This document shows, piece by piece, positions 47,900-60,471 of a stretch of 64,000 nt of DNA. The translations under genes were made by a program, and so were the position numbers. The stretch's first letter is position 1; the number at the start of each line of letters is the position of its first letter. Source of the stretch: Massalongia carnosa (taxonomy: Eukaryota); NCBI GenBank assembly GCA_965645245.1, contig OZ287082.1, positions 1,364,001-1,428,000 of the forward strand, read 5' to 3'. The notes below the pieces were generated by a model that saw nothing but the letters and a program-made list of their open reading frames with translations, was not told where the DNA came from and did not search any database.

Positions 47900-50885
47900 A
47901 GATAGATTTCTTCTTCATGCTTAGTCACTTAGGTAGCTGACTACTATTCGTCTTCCCTGGATAGTGGTTCTTACATTCTGCACCTCCTCGCTATTATCAG
48001 TTGTATCAGGCTCCTCTACCTCTTGTTTATCCTCCTGACCGGTAGAAAGCTTCCAATCGCCTACCGTTATGCCTGGTATATCTTTAACTGACAGCTCATC
48101 ATCCTCCGACCCGTCTACAGCAAGAGACAATCCCAACTTTCGAAAGGTTTGACAAATCAAAGAAGATTGCTCCAAGTGCATTTCCCTCCACGCTTGTCCC
48201 ACCCATTTTGTTAGCATAGTTCGTCGATCACCCACCGTGTATGAGCTTTATTCCATTTCTCGAAGTGCTCATCGTAATGAATGTCGGCTAGCTCCGATAT
48301 TCGATTCTTCAAAGATATATTAATGGCGACGTCTAGAACTTGATTAAACCCGGTGCAGCCGGAAGGAATAAATGATGCTGTGACGTTTAATACTTTAAAG
48401 GCTTGTTTAACCTAAAATTTGTTAGCAAATATGAGCAGCTTAAAAACAAAATGCTCAGTTATTTACCTCTTCGGTTTTTTTTCCCGCAAACACATCTAAT
48501 GACAGAAAACGCCGTGTATTAGCGTTATGAAGTTCCAGAGTAGAGTATTTATACTGCTGTTTTAGCCATCAACACATGACTTTTCCATTGCAGTAGGCCT
48601 TTGGATCCCATTGAACTACTACTCCCGAGTCGTACTGCGTCATCTCCTTCTTGATTCGACTGCATTTTGTGCTATCTTGGCCTTTAAATATGAGAAGAGG
48701 TTTGCATCGATTAATGCCGTCAGCAGAAACATAAATCATCAAAGTGGCTTGTCTTTTGTCCCATCCAGACCGATGGGTTTTAATCCATACAGTTTTGGCA
48801 CCTTTAAAATCGTAGCATTAACCCTGCAGGAACTCGTAAGCAATAGGAGTCTGATCCATATTGCCGACATCGCAAAGACGAAAGAATTTGAACTCGGCAT
48901 ACTCAGTCATTCTTCCGGATGCCTTAGTCACTCGATGAGGATATAATTGACCATACACCCGACGACCCTGACGAACAAACCAACATTTATTGATTTTACG
49001 TCCAGTGTTACGGGCTTCCATGAATAATTCCAAAAGTCGCCTTTCAAGCTAAGGCTCTTTACATACACCCATAGCTTTGCTCTCTTTTCGTTTACCTTTA
49101 GGTTGAGCGGCGATTCTCGAACTACTTTCAATCCACTTTCTAAGCATCCACGCGGGTGACAAAATAAATTGCAACGTGTAAGCGAATTTACCCCTGAATG
49201 CCCCATCAAAACACACTCCTTTTTTCAACTTTTTATCTCATTATCAATGTCTCGACCCAAAAAGCCTCATTATGATACTCCCACAAAGGCCAAAGTTCAA
49301 GGAGCTTATCAATTTCTCATCTCACATGCAATTCCATTCGATCCACGGGCCATTTTTCAGGAATTTGGCGTGGCCGAGCGCGCGGGCTATAACATCATCA
49401 AAAGCGGAGCTTCTTCTCGCACACGTCACAATTCTTCTCTCGTTGAGACTCGGGGTCGAAAGCGAAAGATTAGTGATGATCAGCTGAAGGAGGCAGATCA
49501 CATTCTGCAGGATCAAGATCTACAATTGGAAGGAAAACGCTACACATGGGATGCTTTAGCACAGGAGATTGGGGCCGACGTGATGGGACGTACAATGAAG
49601 AGAACTCTTACAGCTGCCTTGAATTATCACAAATGTCTAGCCTGTGTCAAAGGGTGGCTGGCAGTGGCATCAGAAGAAAGAAGAGAAGAATTGCTACAGT
49701 TATGTTAAATAAATATCCTCGGTCCGAAGACTGGCATCGCGTACGATTCAGCGATGAGATTCATTTTGGCTACGGGCCTGAAGGACAGTTACGAATCATT
49801 CGTAAGCCCGGAACAAGATATCGTTGGGATTGTATTCAGCATCGTGATGCACCACCTGAGAAAGATCGTAAAAGAAAGCACTGCTGGGCAGCAGTTGGTT
49901 ACAATTTCAAGTCGGATATCTACTTCTACGATGTGCCCAGCAATAGCAATGGAAAAATGACTCATCAGGTGTATATTGACGCTATTCTTGATCCCGTTGT
50001 CAAGCCCTGGTTGGAGCGTGGAGATGACTTCGTACTTGAAGAAGATGGAGACTCTGGTCATGGCACGGGCAAGACACGAAACGCGGTCAAAAAGTGGAAG
50101 TTAGATCACGATTTAGAGCACTATTTCAATTGTGCTTCATCTCCTGATCTAGCCTCCATTGAAAATTGCTGGCAGCCCGCAAAGCAGCATGTTCGTAAAT
50201 TTCCTCATTGGGACGATGCAAGTTTGGAGCAGCTGATTAGGGAGGGATGGGCTCGAGTCAGTCAGGAATTTATCAATGAAAGGGTGTTATCCATGCCCAA
50301 AAGATTGAAAGAGGTAAAAGATGCAAAGGGGGCGATGACTGGTTATTGATCTCATGTAATTTAGATGAATTTTATCAGCTATGCAGATGATGGTTTATGA
50401 TGAGATGAAAATTTGAATAAAAAAGGGGGGGTAAATTCGCTTACACGTTGCAATTTATTTTGTCACCCGCGTGGCATCGTGGTAGTAATTCCAAGATTGT
50501 TGGCTGCAGCATATTTACTGATAAGCTTCATACTTCCATCCTTCTGAGACTTCCAGGTAGTTTGAGCATAGCTAATAGCAGCTAGCTTCTGCTCTCTGGT
50601 GTAGGATACTCGATGTCGAGGAGCATCATATTCGTCGTCAGAAATATCGCGAAGTGTAGGATGATCGGCCACCTCTCGATGCAGACGAAATTGTTTAATG
50701 ATAGAAGCATTATCATTGGAAAAACCGGGCATGCTAGGAATTGAAGGCTGCATAAACGCTTTCTTGGGAAGTCGGGCTGAATACAAGCTGCGAAGACTGG
50801 TGGACTTTGAATTAGGCCCAGGACGAGGCTGGTTTTGAGCCTGCATAGGATTCTGGACGTGCGAGGGAGCCATGAAATAAAGCAA
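47900..50885 (-). mobile_element. pogo/CENP-B(Tc5)-type transposase remnant that hosts a CAC-terminus element
   Basis: HTH SYTREQKLAAISY..NLGITTTM|LRKWI, then LERRLLELFMEAR, NMDQTPI, IPSGCTGFNQVLDV and RRTMLTKWVGQAW. Element ends not defined. Confidence 0.8.
49149..50473 (+). mobile_element. Tc1/IS630-type element (DD38E) with perfect 46-bp TIRs, CAC termini and 5-bp TSD GCATC
   Basis: TIR CACGCGGGTGACAAAATAAATTGCAACGTGTAAGCGAATTTACCCC. GCATC at 49144-49148 and 50474-50478. Transposase 49247-50349 with one frameshift at ~49690. Confidence 0.93.
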
Positions 50886-50934
50886 TGAAAAGATGATAAA
50901 GGTGGATAAAATGATGAAGGGATACGTAACTGGG

Positions 50935-52278
50935 CACGCGGGTGAAAAAAAAAGGGCAAGGTGAGCCGAAACTCCCCCACCAAAACTCCCCCCTTTTCTT
51001 CCCCTTTTTCTTCCCCATCTTCTTCCTCATTCAACATTTCAAATGCCATCCCACTACGATACACCCCAAAAGGCCAAGGTGCAGGGAGCTTATGAATTTC
51101 TTCTTGCAAAAGGCATTTCCATCGATCCTCGAGAGATTTTTCAGCATTTTGGCATTCGAAGCGAGAGACAGGGCTATAAAATCATTCGAAACGGAGCATT
51201 TTCTAGAAGAAGACATCATTCAACGCTCGTTGAGACACGCGGTCGCAAATCAAAAGTCACGGAAGCACAAATACAGGAGGCAGATCACATTCTACAAGCT
51301 TAGGGGCTACAGTTGGAAGGAAAACGATACACATGGGAACAATTGGCTATGGAGATTGGGGCCGACGTTGTCGGTCGTACAATGCACAATGTTATGTCGG
51401 CTGCTCTAAACTATGAGAAATGTCTGGCCTGCGTCAAGGGATGGCTGGCCGACCCACCTATGGAAAGACAGGTCGAATTTGCTCACATGATGCTAACCAG
51501 ATATCCCACACCGGAGCAATGGGATCGCGTACGATTTAGTGATGAGATTCATTTTGGATATGGGCTGGAAGGACAGTTACGAATAATTCGTCAGCCCGGA
51601 ACACGATATCGTTGGGATTGCATACAGCATCGTGACCCGCCTCCTGAGAAAGATCGAAAACGAAAACATTGCTGGGCTGCAATTGGCTACAATTTCAAGT
51701 CGGATATTATCTTTTATGACGTGCCGGGCAACAGCAATGGTAAAATGACTCATCATGTGTATATTGAATCCGTTCTTGGCCCCGTCGTCAAGCCCTGGCT
51801 GGAGCGTGGGGATGACTTCGTACTTGAAGAAGATGGAGACTCTGGTCATGGCAGGAGCAAGACAAGAAATGCCGTCAAGAAATGGAAGGAAGATCATCAT
51901 TTAGAGCATTATTTCAATTGTGCCTCATCACCTGATTTGTCCCCTATAGAAAATTGCTGGCAGCCGGCGAAGCAGCATGTTCGAAAGTATCCTCATTGGG
52001 ACGATGTCAGCTTGAAGCAGCTGATTAGGGATGGATGGGAACGGGTGACGCAGGAATTCATCAATGAAAGAGTTCGATCAATGCCCAAACGATTGGAAGA
52101 GGTAATTAGGGCTGAGGGGGCGATGACTGGCTATTGAATAGAATGTATGTAGAATTTCAATGGTCATACTAATTGAAATGTTGAATGGGGAAGAAGATGG
52201 GGAAGAAAAAAGGGAAGAAAAGGGTAAGTTTTGGTGGGGGAATTTCGGCTCACCTTGCCCTTTTTTTTCACCCGCGTG
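50935..52278 (+). mobile_element. Related Tc1/IS630-type element (DD38E) with ~105-bp TIRs and CAC termini
   Basis: TIR CACGCGGGTGAAAAAAAA(A)GGGCAAGGTGAGCCGAAA... Transposase 51043-52137 is in one frame with a single TAG at 51301; motifs FSDEIHF, EEDGDSGH and SPDLSPIEN. Confidence 0.93.
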
Positions 52279-52599
52279 GCAACGTAACTGATACATCTAG
52301 ATGCCTTTTTTTCTATCATACGTGCATCTTCACCTGTCAAATGTAGCAATGTGGCCCGCTTAATTAGTAAGTTCGATGGCCCTATCTATTTGGAGTAAAT
52401 GCTTCCGTAGATCATTAGGGCTCGACATGTTTTTTTCTATTGGCCTTCGAAACCACCATCAACGATGGCGGTTTCGATACAAGAAACAATCGTAATTCAA
52501 AAATTCATACACGAGTACGACGGTCGGTGAAGGGGATACTATTCACATACCGCATGTACAGCATGTGCATTGTTGTGTTTGAAGGTTGATAACCCTCAT

Positions 52600-53900
52600 A
52601 GCCAAGAAGTAATCCATCACTGAACTTGTTGCTCCTTAGTTGGTTCGATCATTTCTGCCGCAGCCGTCAACTCTCGAATATTTATTGTTGATCGAGCTGT
52701 TGCTAGCGTTGGAGCAGCGGGTCTTCTTCAGGGTTCCCTGAGTATCATTGACTACGCCGTAGTTTTAGAGATGAGGCCTCTATATATGGAAATAGTGATC
52801 AGTGTATTCGTCATATCAATCTGCATAGGGCCGATTATCGGCGGTGCCTTGACAACACATAGCACATGAAGATGGTGCTTTTGAATGTGCGTCTGTAAAT
52901 ATATCCTACAATCGATTGCACAGGGATTAATAATAGCTACAAAAACGTCCCTATTGATGCGGTGATGTTGATGCTGATGTTTTTCTTTCTGAAAATCAAA
53001 GGCACGAAAAATGAAAACAGAAAACTGTCAATCAAGGAAAAGTTGAAACATACAGACTCATTAGAATGCCTGATGTTTATCGCCGCCGTTTGTTGTAAAC
53101 TTCCTGCGTTACAATGAGGCGGGCAATCTAGGCCATGAAAGTCTTCGATCGTCATCGATCTTCTTGTGAGGTTAGATTGACTTTCGTGTGCCTTTGACTA
53201 GAGTACATTCAGTGAAAGCTTGATTGAATGAAAAGACTACAACATCTCTTCGCGTGCTTTGGCAACGCTCCATTCTCAATGAATCCGTGATTCTTTTCTT
53301 TTTGAGCGCATCAACTTAGGTGATCATTGAATCTTACTTCTTTGATGCGCACGGAATTTCCAAACAGTGATGCAGAACTTGTTCAATATATCATTCTGGT
53401 TTCAAGCTGTATAGGGTGTTGACCCTATAAGTAAGCGGGTTGCGGTTCATTCTGCTTTTTGTCGCCCAAATGATAGCCTTGATAATCAAAGGAGCGTGCG
53501 TGACTCGATGGGGCTCTTATGTAAACGTCCCGGTTCAAGTCCCGATGAGACACGTTTGGCGTTGACAAGCATTTATAGATGCCGAATATGGTTTTTGGAG
53601 AAGTGGTCTGCATAGTTAGAACGGCTCTACTCAATCGTCTGGAATCAACGACGTCTACTCTTGCTTGGGCATCTTTCTTAGTGATCATCGGCTTAGGGAT
53701 GGGAATTTTCATGCAGCTGCCTTACACAGCCGTTCAAGTCGTTTTATCGTAAGTCGCAACGAATCCCTCTGTTATCTCAAAGCTAACATCGTTCACAGAG
53801 AGGATGATATTCCGACAGGCAATGGTAAGTTGGGTCTCTCATCAACTGACAGCGTATTGACTCTACCAGCTATCTCAATTTTTGTCTGGCAGCTTGGCGG
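52600..53900 (+). pseudogene. MFS drug/toxin efflux transporter (14-TM DHA2-like) pseudogene
   Basis: GSIISAAAVNSRIFIVDRAVASVGAAGL.., IGPIIGGALTTHST*RWCF*, LPALQ*GGQSRP*KS and IGLGMG..MQLPYTAVQVVL. Multiple W-to-TGA stops. Confidence 0.8.
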
Positions 53901-55066
53901 GTACGAAGTGTCCAAAGATGTGTACTAAATTGTTTTTCTTAATGAACAACATGACTGACCGGCCATTCTCCCAACAGTTGGCTTTTCGAATTACACAGCA
54001 TCATACGCTAGATCAGGGAAAGACAGTTCTGAAGTATTGTAAAGAAACTGCATAACAGCTCTTGTCATAAGAAGGGTTTTATCGACATGTCAAACATGAG
54101 TTCTATGCTTAAAGCATGTGACTACCATAAAAGTTCAGTCCGCATTGTATATCTCGTATCCCTTGCTCCTCAAAAGAATTACAGTAACATACTCAGTAAA
54201 CTTTTCAGACGAAACTAATAATCAATGAGCGACACCTATGAATATACCACAGCCATATCTATAGCAAACACAATGACAATTAATCGTGATGAACATTGAC
54301 CGAACATGAAGAACATACCAAGGCGCAAAGCACCACATCTGCCTATGTTAGCGTTCGTGCACATAGCTCAGGCATCTCGCAAGTCAGGAGGTTACAGTCA
54401 ACCCAACACAAAAGCGTGCTACCCAAATTACTCCGATCCAGCGTCCTCGCAAGAACTAGCACCGCGACCAAAGTGGCGGAAACACGGGTGATGAGCGGCC
54501 AACTACCGTTCCTGCGCCCGGGAACGAATAGTGCCTTTTCGCTGTTGGGAGGCGGAAAGCTCGATATGTCGAAAGGCTGCATGATCAGGTAGGATGACGG
54601 ACGACGTGACAGAGACAAACAAAGTATGGACGTATCGACATGACAGTTATTTTAAATCTTCCCGGGCCTCAACGTTCTCGAAGATCAATCAAATCGAATC
54701 ATTCAGCTTCAGGCAGGTCTACGGTGAGGCGTGGGAGCTATCGCGGAGAAGCGACAATGCTTGGCCTCCTTTGCTCAATTATGCAGTGCATTGCCTCCTT
54801 CAGGCAAATTGACAGCACAAATGAGGTTGGCTGTCGACACTGTAACGTTACAGCTTCAAAGGCTGACGAATCGAGATAATGGATTGCGCTCAGTTATGCA
54901 CGTCAGCGAAGCCTTTCAAAGTGGAAAGATCGACCGTTGCAAAGAGGCACGCTGCGCAGTGAGACTAGACATTAACGTTAGACGGCAACGAGGCAAGGCA
55001 TACTCGTAAGGCGGCTGGCGTTGCGTGAAGGCAGCAATGAAACTTGTATTTTATTTTCTTACTCTT

Positions 55067-56764
55067 TGTCACGGTTCAACCACATCCACCCATGGCCAAT
55101 CAAAGGAAAGTACGGCATCTGCTGGCGCACTAACCGCTTCCGTTACTCAACCCTTTTAGCAATCATAGGGGCAATCAACGGAGGTCTGAAAAGACTGAAA
55201 GGGACGCATCAGAACGACCTTGTAAAGCAAACACAAGGACAAAGGGCAGAAAGACTGTTTGACCAAAATGTTCACTTATTGATAAAGTCACAAGCAGCTG
55301 GATTGGGCCAAGCGATTATCTATATAGACTCCTAGAGAGGGCACCTTTTGTTTGTTTCCTTTCTGCATCTTTGATATTTTCTAGTGCATACAGTCCCGTG
55401 CCAAAAGTCTGCGGCCCAACCCGTAATTTTCGTGATTTCGCGTTTTCAACTCATCAACCCCCCATCTTCCACCTCATCACTTCGCCATGCTTCGTGCTTC
55501 TTTGACCCCCATAAGTGGTAATCGGCCTCGTAACACTGAATTGACGCCATATCAACGTGGTATGATTGTTGGGGCCCAGGCGTTGGGGCACACACCGACC
55601 GAGATTGGGATGACTCTTAATTTCACTAAATCGACCGTGCAGAGCACCATTCAGAAGCACTCAATTCGCAACGACGGCGTGTCTAAATCACGTTCTGGAC
55701 GGCCTGAAGTGCTGTCAGAACGCGATCGACTTTATATCATCAAGCATGCACGAATCAATCCACGATTCACTTATGCACAAATCAAACTAGAAGTGGGGCT
55801 CGGCTGCAGTCGTACGACTATTTATCGGGCACTCAAACTGTATGGTTTAACCAACTGGGTGGCTAAAAAACGACCTTTATTGACGCCTGAGGTGGCCAAG
55901 AAACGATTGGATTGGTGCTTGCTGCGGCGTGAGTGGACTTTTGAGCAGTGGTCAAGAGTTATATGGTCAGATGAGTGCTCGGTGGAAAAGGGGTCAGGAA
56001 AACAGCGTCAGTGGGTGTTCAGATTGCCGAAAGAAAAATGGAATAAAGAGATGATACAAGCTGTCCCCAAAGGCAAAGGAGTCAGTGTCATGGTCTGGGC
56101 AGCTTTTTGGGGAGATGACAGGTCAGATCTTTACAAATTGGCTCGTGATTTTGCTGCGAAGAAGATGGAGTACTCGGCGAACTCATATATGGAATTATTG
56201 AACGATAATCTGCTTGGAATTTGGCAACCGGGCCTCATTTTCTTGCAGGATAACGCACTATACATAAGGCTAAAAAGGTGATGGAATGATTCAATGAGAA
56301 CGGCATAGAGGTCATCGATTGGCCCCCCTATTCACCTGATTTAAATCCCATCGAGCACGTTTGGTATGTGCTCAAAAAGCTCGTCTATCAAGTCAACCCG
56401 AACATAGATTTGGTGATCGGTAGTGATGAAACTGTTCGTGAGGTACTTTGGAAAGCGTTAGAAGAAGCCTGGACGTTGATAGATGTGAAAATGATGAGGA
56501 GGTTAATAGAGAGCATGAATAGGAGGATAAAAGCGTGTATAGCGTCGGAAGGATGGTATACTAAATATTAAAAATCAATTTTTGGGGGAATTCTTGTTTA
56601 GTATGTATGTAATCATTATGTAAAGTTTCAAGACATTTCAGCAATCGTGACGTGGTTGATTGTCGATTGAATAGAATGATTGAAATGTTGGTGGGGTGCG
56701 GGGCCGCAGACTTTTGGCCTAGTACTGTAGCTTCCTAGTAGATAGTCAATTCCACATCCTGGTT
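55067..56764. mobile_element. LTR of the 46206 family (inverted), split by a Tc1 insertion: 55067-55390 + 56730-56764
   Basis: Matches the reverse complement of 46206-46586 on both sides of the Tc1 element. The last ~11 bp are missing. Confidence 0.85.
55391..56727 (+). mobile_element. Canonical Tc1/impala-like transposon with TA TSD
   Basis: TA|CAGT...ACTG|TA and ~27-bp TIR (GCCAAAAGTCTGCGGCCC core). Transposase 55487-56571 has WSDECS, QDNA and WPPYSPDLNPIE, with a frameshift and a stop at ~56260-56290. Confidence 0.93.
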
Positions 56765-56921
56765 ATTAGCGTATGCAAAATGATTTGCAATTTCGCTTAT
56801 GAAAACACATACCACCAACATGACCCCACCATTCAAACTCCAAAATCTCAATTTTCCTAGATATTCCCTATACCAAAATCCTATATAATTTGGTAGACAC
56901 ATATATATATTAATCGTCAAT

Positions 56922-57964
56922 ATGGTCGAATCCCTTCCTCCATCCATGCGATCGCGAATCATTCGATATTTATTCCTTCATTGGCGCCCGGATGCCATAG
57001 CCAAAGAGGCTCATTGCAGTGTCCGAACTATCTATAATTTCCAAGAGAATTTATTCATGTATGGTAGCATATCCGCTCCTCGAAGACGTCATCTAGGTCG
57101 CGCATGCAAAATTACTAAAGCCGCCGGCGACTCCTTGATCGAATATCTAAATCGTCAGCCATGGGCCCAACAAAAGGAGATGGTCTGGTTTCTTTGGGAG
57201 GAGTGGGGTATATTCGTGCATCAATCAACCGTTTCTAGGGAAATAAAGAAACGGCGATGGAGTCAAAAGAAAAGTCAAAGACATGGGCGTAGGAACGACG
57301 AATTGAGGGAAAATTGGCATGCTAGCATGCTTAATGTGACTGCAGAGCAGTTGGTTTTCGTTGATGAAACAGCATTCAATGAGATGACCGGTTGGAGGAT
57401 GAGGGCATACGCACCAATTGGCCAACCGGCTCGATACCAGGGGGACATTAGGAAGGGTCATAATTGGACCGTTCTTCCTGCATATACTGTTGATGGCTAT
57501 CTGCCATGTACGAGCATTCGGGAGGGGTGGTTTAATGCAGATGGTTTCTTTCAATGGATAACCGACGAATTACTTCCATATTGCACCCCTTATCCAGGCC
57601 CCGAAGCGTTATAGTCATGGATAATGCCGCTATCCATTGCAACCCACGCATTGAGGAGGCCATTCGTGGACACGGTTGCGAAGTACGATATCTGCCCCCC
57701 TATTCACCGGATTTCAATCCAATCGAGTTGAGTTTTAGTGTATTAAAGGCTTGGTTTAGAACCCATTATACCTCAATTCGCTCTGAATTTGAGAGCACCT
57801 TCGGCGATTTAATTCGATATGCCATCGACAGGAGCCATTATAACCGTTTCGCTAAAGAGCACTTTCGTCATAGTGGTGGGGGTGGGGGGTATATATTCGA
57901 GGCCGACATCATTAAATTGGAAAGGGAGCTATATGGGGGTGAGGTGCAAATAGATTTTGATTGA
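56922..57964 (+). pseudogene. IS630/Tc1-like transposase (one frameshift at ~57600)
   Basis: LVFVDET, VIVMDNAAIH and YLPPYSPDFNPIE (DD34E-type), with an N-terminal HTH. Confidence 0.88.
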
Positions 57965-58401
57965 ATTATTCAATCTGGACCAGATCTGGACCAGATTTGG
58001 GCTAGATTTTACATCTGACCTACATCTAGGCTAGAACCCCTGAATCCGAAATCTTTGATTAAATTAATCACTCCTGAATCTACTCCATGACACAATCGAA
58101 CTGAGCATATTGAGAAGATCTATTGATCATTTATAGTGTTTATAAATATTGATTACATACAGAATCGAGAAAAAAGACTTCATTTGCATGTAAACTAATT
58201 AGTAAAACCTCACCAAAAACAGGTGTTTTTGCATAGTGTGATGCCATTCGGCTGTTAGAATTACGAGTGTTGATGTATGCAAATGTTTCCATCATATTAT
58301 AAGCATGAAAAAAGATATCGATTAACCCCGAATATCCATAAACGCATAATCCTTCCAACCCTTCCAACCCTACCTATATAGCCAATTATTCCCACCTCTT
58401 C

Positions 58402-60132
58402 CTATGGCACATCCCCCTCATCAACTCCATGTCGCCATTGCGGTTTGAATGTACGGAGATCAGTTCTGAATTCTCGTGCCCATCCATCAGGTATGCCCAG
58501 TTGAATAGCCCGTTTATATATATGTGAGCTCGTTTCTGACATATCTCTCAAATCCTCCAAAGACCACATCTCGTTTTGAACAATCTCCTTAATCCCATTC
58601 CATCTATCCTTGGCTCTTTGACTCTGCAATGCCTCCCCTTTCCAATTGAGGAAATCCTCTATAGCAAACTCATCATCCTCGGGGTTCTCGGGGTTGCATA
58701 TGGGGCTTGACCTAGTCAACGGTTTCGAGCGAGGCCTTGGTGCCGCAGGGGGTGGGGGGATGATGGGTTCGGGGACCGAAGAAGATGATGGTTGAGAATA
58801 AACAGGAAGGGGAGGGGGGCGACGAACATTACTCATTCTTTCACCCATTCTTTCCATTTGGTCCATCATCGATTCCTGCATACGCATTTCTATCGATTGC
58901 TTTGTGAATTGCATTTTTTCACCTATGAAGCTTTTCGTCTCATCGCGATCTTTTCTGGAATCCTCCCGTCCTTCCTGTATTCTCGTCTTCCTAGAGTTGA
59001 GACCCACCGGCCCCTGTAGTAGTATGAACCTATACAATGTTGGTGGTGGATTATCTAGGGAAGCACTGATGTCGCCGCGAGCGAGAGCCTTAGCCCAATC
59101 TCTTTGCAATGTATGAGAAAGATCATAATGAAGCCCATCTTCATCAATGAAACAGAAGTTATTTTGATTCGTACATCGAGCATCGTGACAAACCCATCGA
59201 TTCACCAATTGTCTATCAAAATCACCTGCATTAATAAGGATCTCACCTTGATCTCGTTGACGTTCTAATAGTTGATGAGTTCTAGTCCTTCGGCCGGTAG
59301 GTGTAGTAATAATAGTAGATGATTCAGTTGCATCTAGTAATATGTCAGGGGGATTTGATTGCTTCGGTTCTTCCATCGAAATTTCGATCTTAATAGTGAT
59401 ATCTGGCTTCCATTTACGAGATTCATCATCAATGACAGTTAGAACCTTTTCCCATTCAGTCTCAGTATAATTATCAATGGTTTGATGGACATTCCTGGCC
59501 CGACTATGAATGGCCTTAATAATGACGACGATGGAGGTCGTCGTCCATCCTTTAGTATGCCCGTTCCTTTTCTCAATCTCAGTCTCCAATGTCTGTTCGA
59601 AATCCCATATACTGAAAGCGCTTCGTTTTTTAGAACCTAGCGATGAGGTCCATATAACTCTACCATTGACACGAAGTCAAGCATGAACGGTCAACATAGG
59701 ATCTGATACTAGATCTTCGGCCTCATCTTCCTCAATGTCCGATGTAGTCAATTTGTCTAATTCTTTATTAACCTCTATTTCTTCCAGTCGTCGTCGTCGG
59801 GCTTCCGGTTCCCCGAATTGATTGACCTCCGCTTCCCATTCTTCATCCTCCCTATCTCGTCTCGCTCTTGCTCGCGCGGCGGCCTCCTTGCTTCTCTCCA
59901 AATGTGCACGCCATAACACACGTTCCGCCTTCCCCTCGCGAGTATTGCCGGGAATCCTGGGCGTTTTCATGGTGAATACCGGTGTATGGTCGTCACGCGC
60001 ACTCGGGCGGCGTGGAACCGGGGGGGGGGGTCTAAGCAACGGTCTAGTCATCGCCCCAGTCATCCCATCGATAGGTCGCATCGCTTCCTGCCTATGGTAT
60101 ACGTAACAGCGTGTTCTTTAAACGCGAGGCAT
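58402..60132 (-). pseudogene. Hypothetical protein gene (~577 codons, two in-frame stops) with a C-x4-C-x6-C-x7-H putative zinc motif
   Basis: ORFs 59677-60081 and 58402-59589 share a frame across one TGA. Upstream ATG at ~60132 is followed by a TAA. Motif RWVCHDARCTNQNNFCFIDEDGLHY. Confidence 0.55.
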
Positions 60133-60471
60133 GTTCATTGAACCTTCTAACCCGTATGTCAGGCTGGGACCCTGACAATTAGATTTGACGTCTCGAAGTT
60201 TTCGGTTCCTATGTTCGTTTAATGATGATGATGATGATGATGTATTCATACTCCGATATGACACCGGCCGTAGGCCGGCCCATGCGGGCAAAGCTATCTA
60301 AGTTATGTTACATGGAAAACCTTTCACAGGTGTAAAAACCATGTCCCTTGATACCCGTCCGATGTGACTACGTGTCGACGTCGGGCGGGAGACGCAGTGC
60401 AAAAGACGTGTGGGAACTGTAATGCCTTGTGAAAAGAGAAGAAAGAAAGAAAGGTTCAACTATTGTTGATT

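Noticed and set aside
54290..55010. Cluster of short overlapping ORFs
   Set aside because: No domain was recognised and no consistent frame or splice structure could be built.
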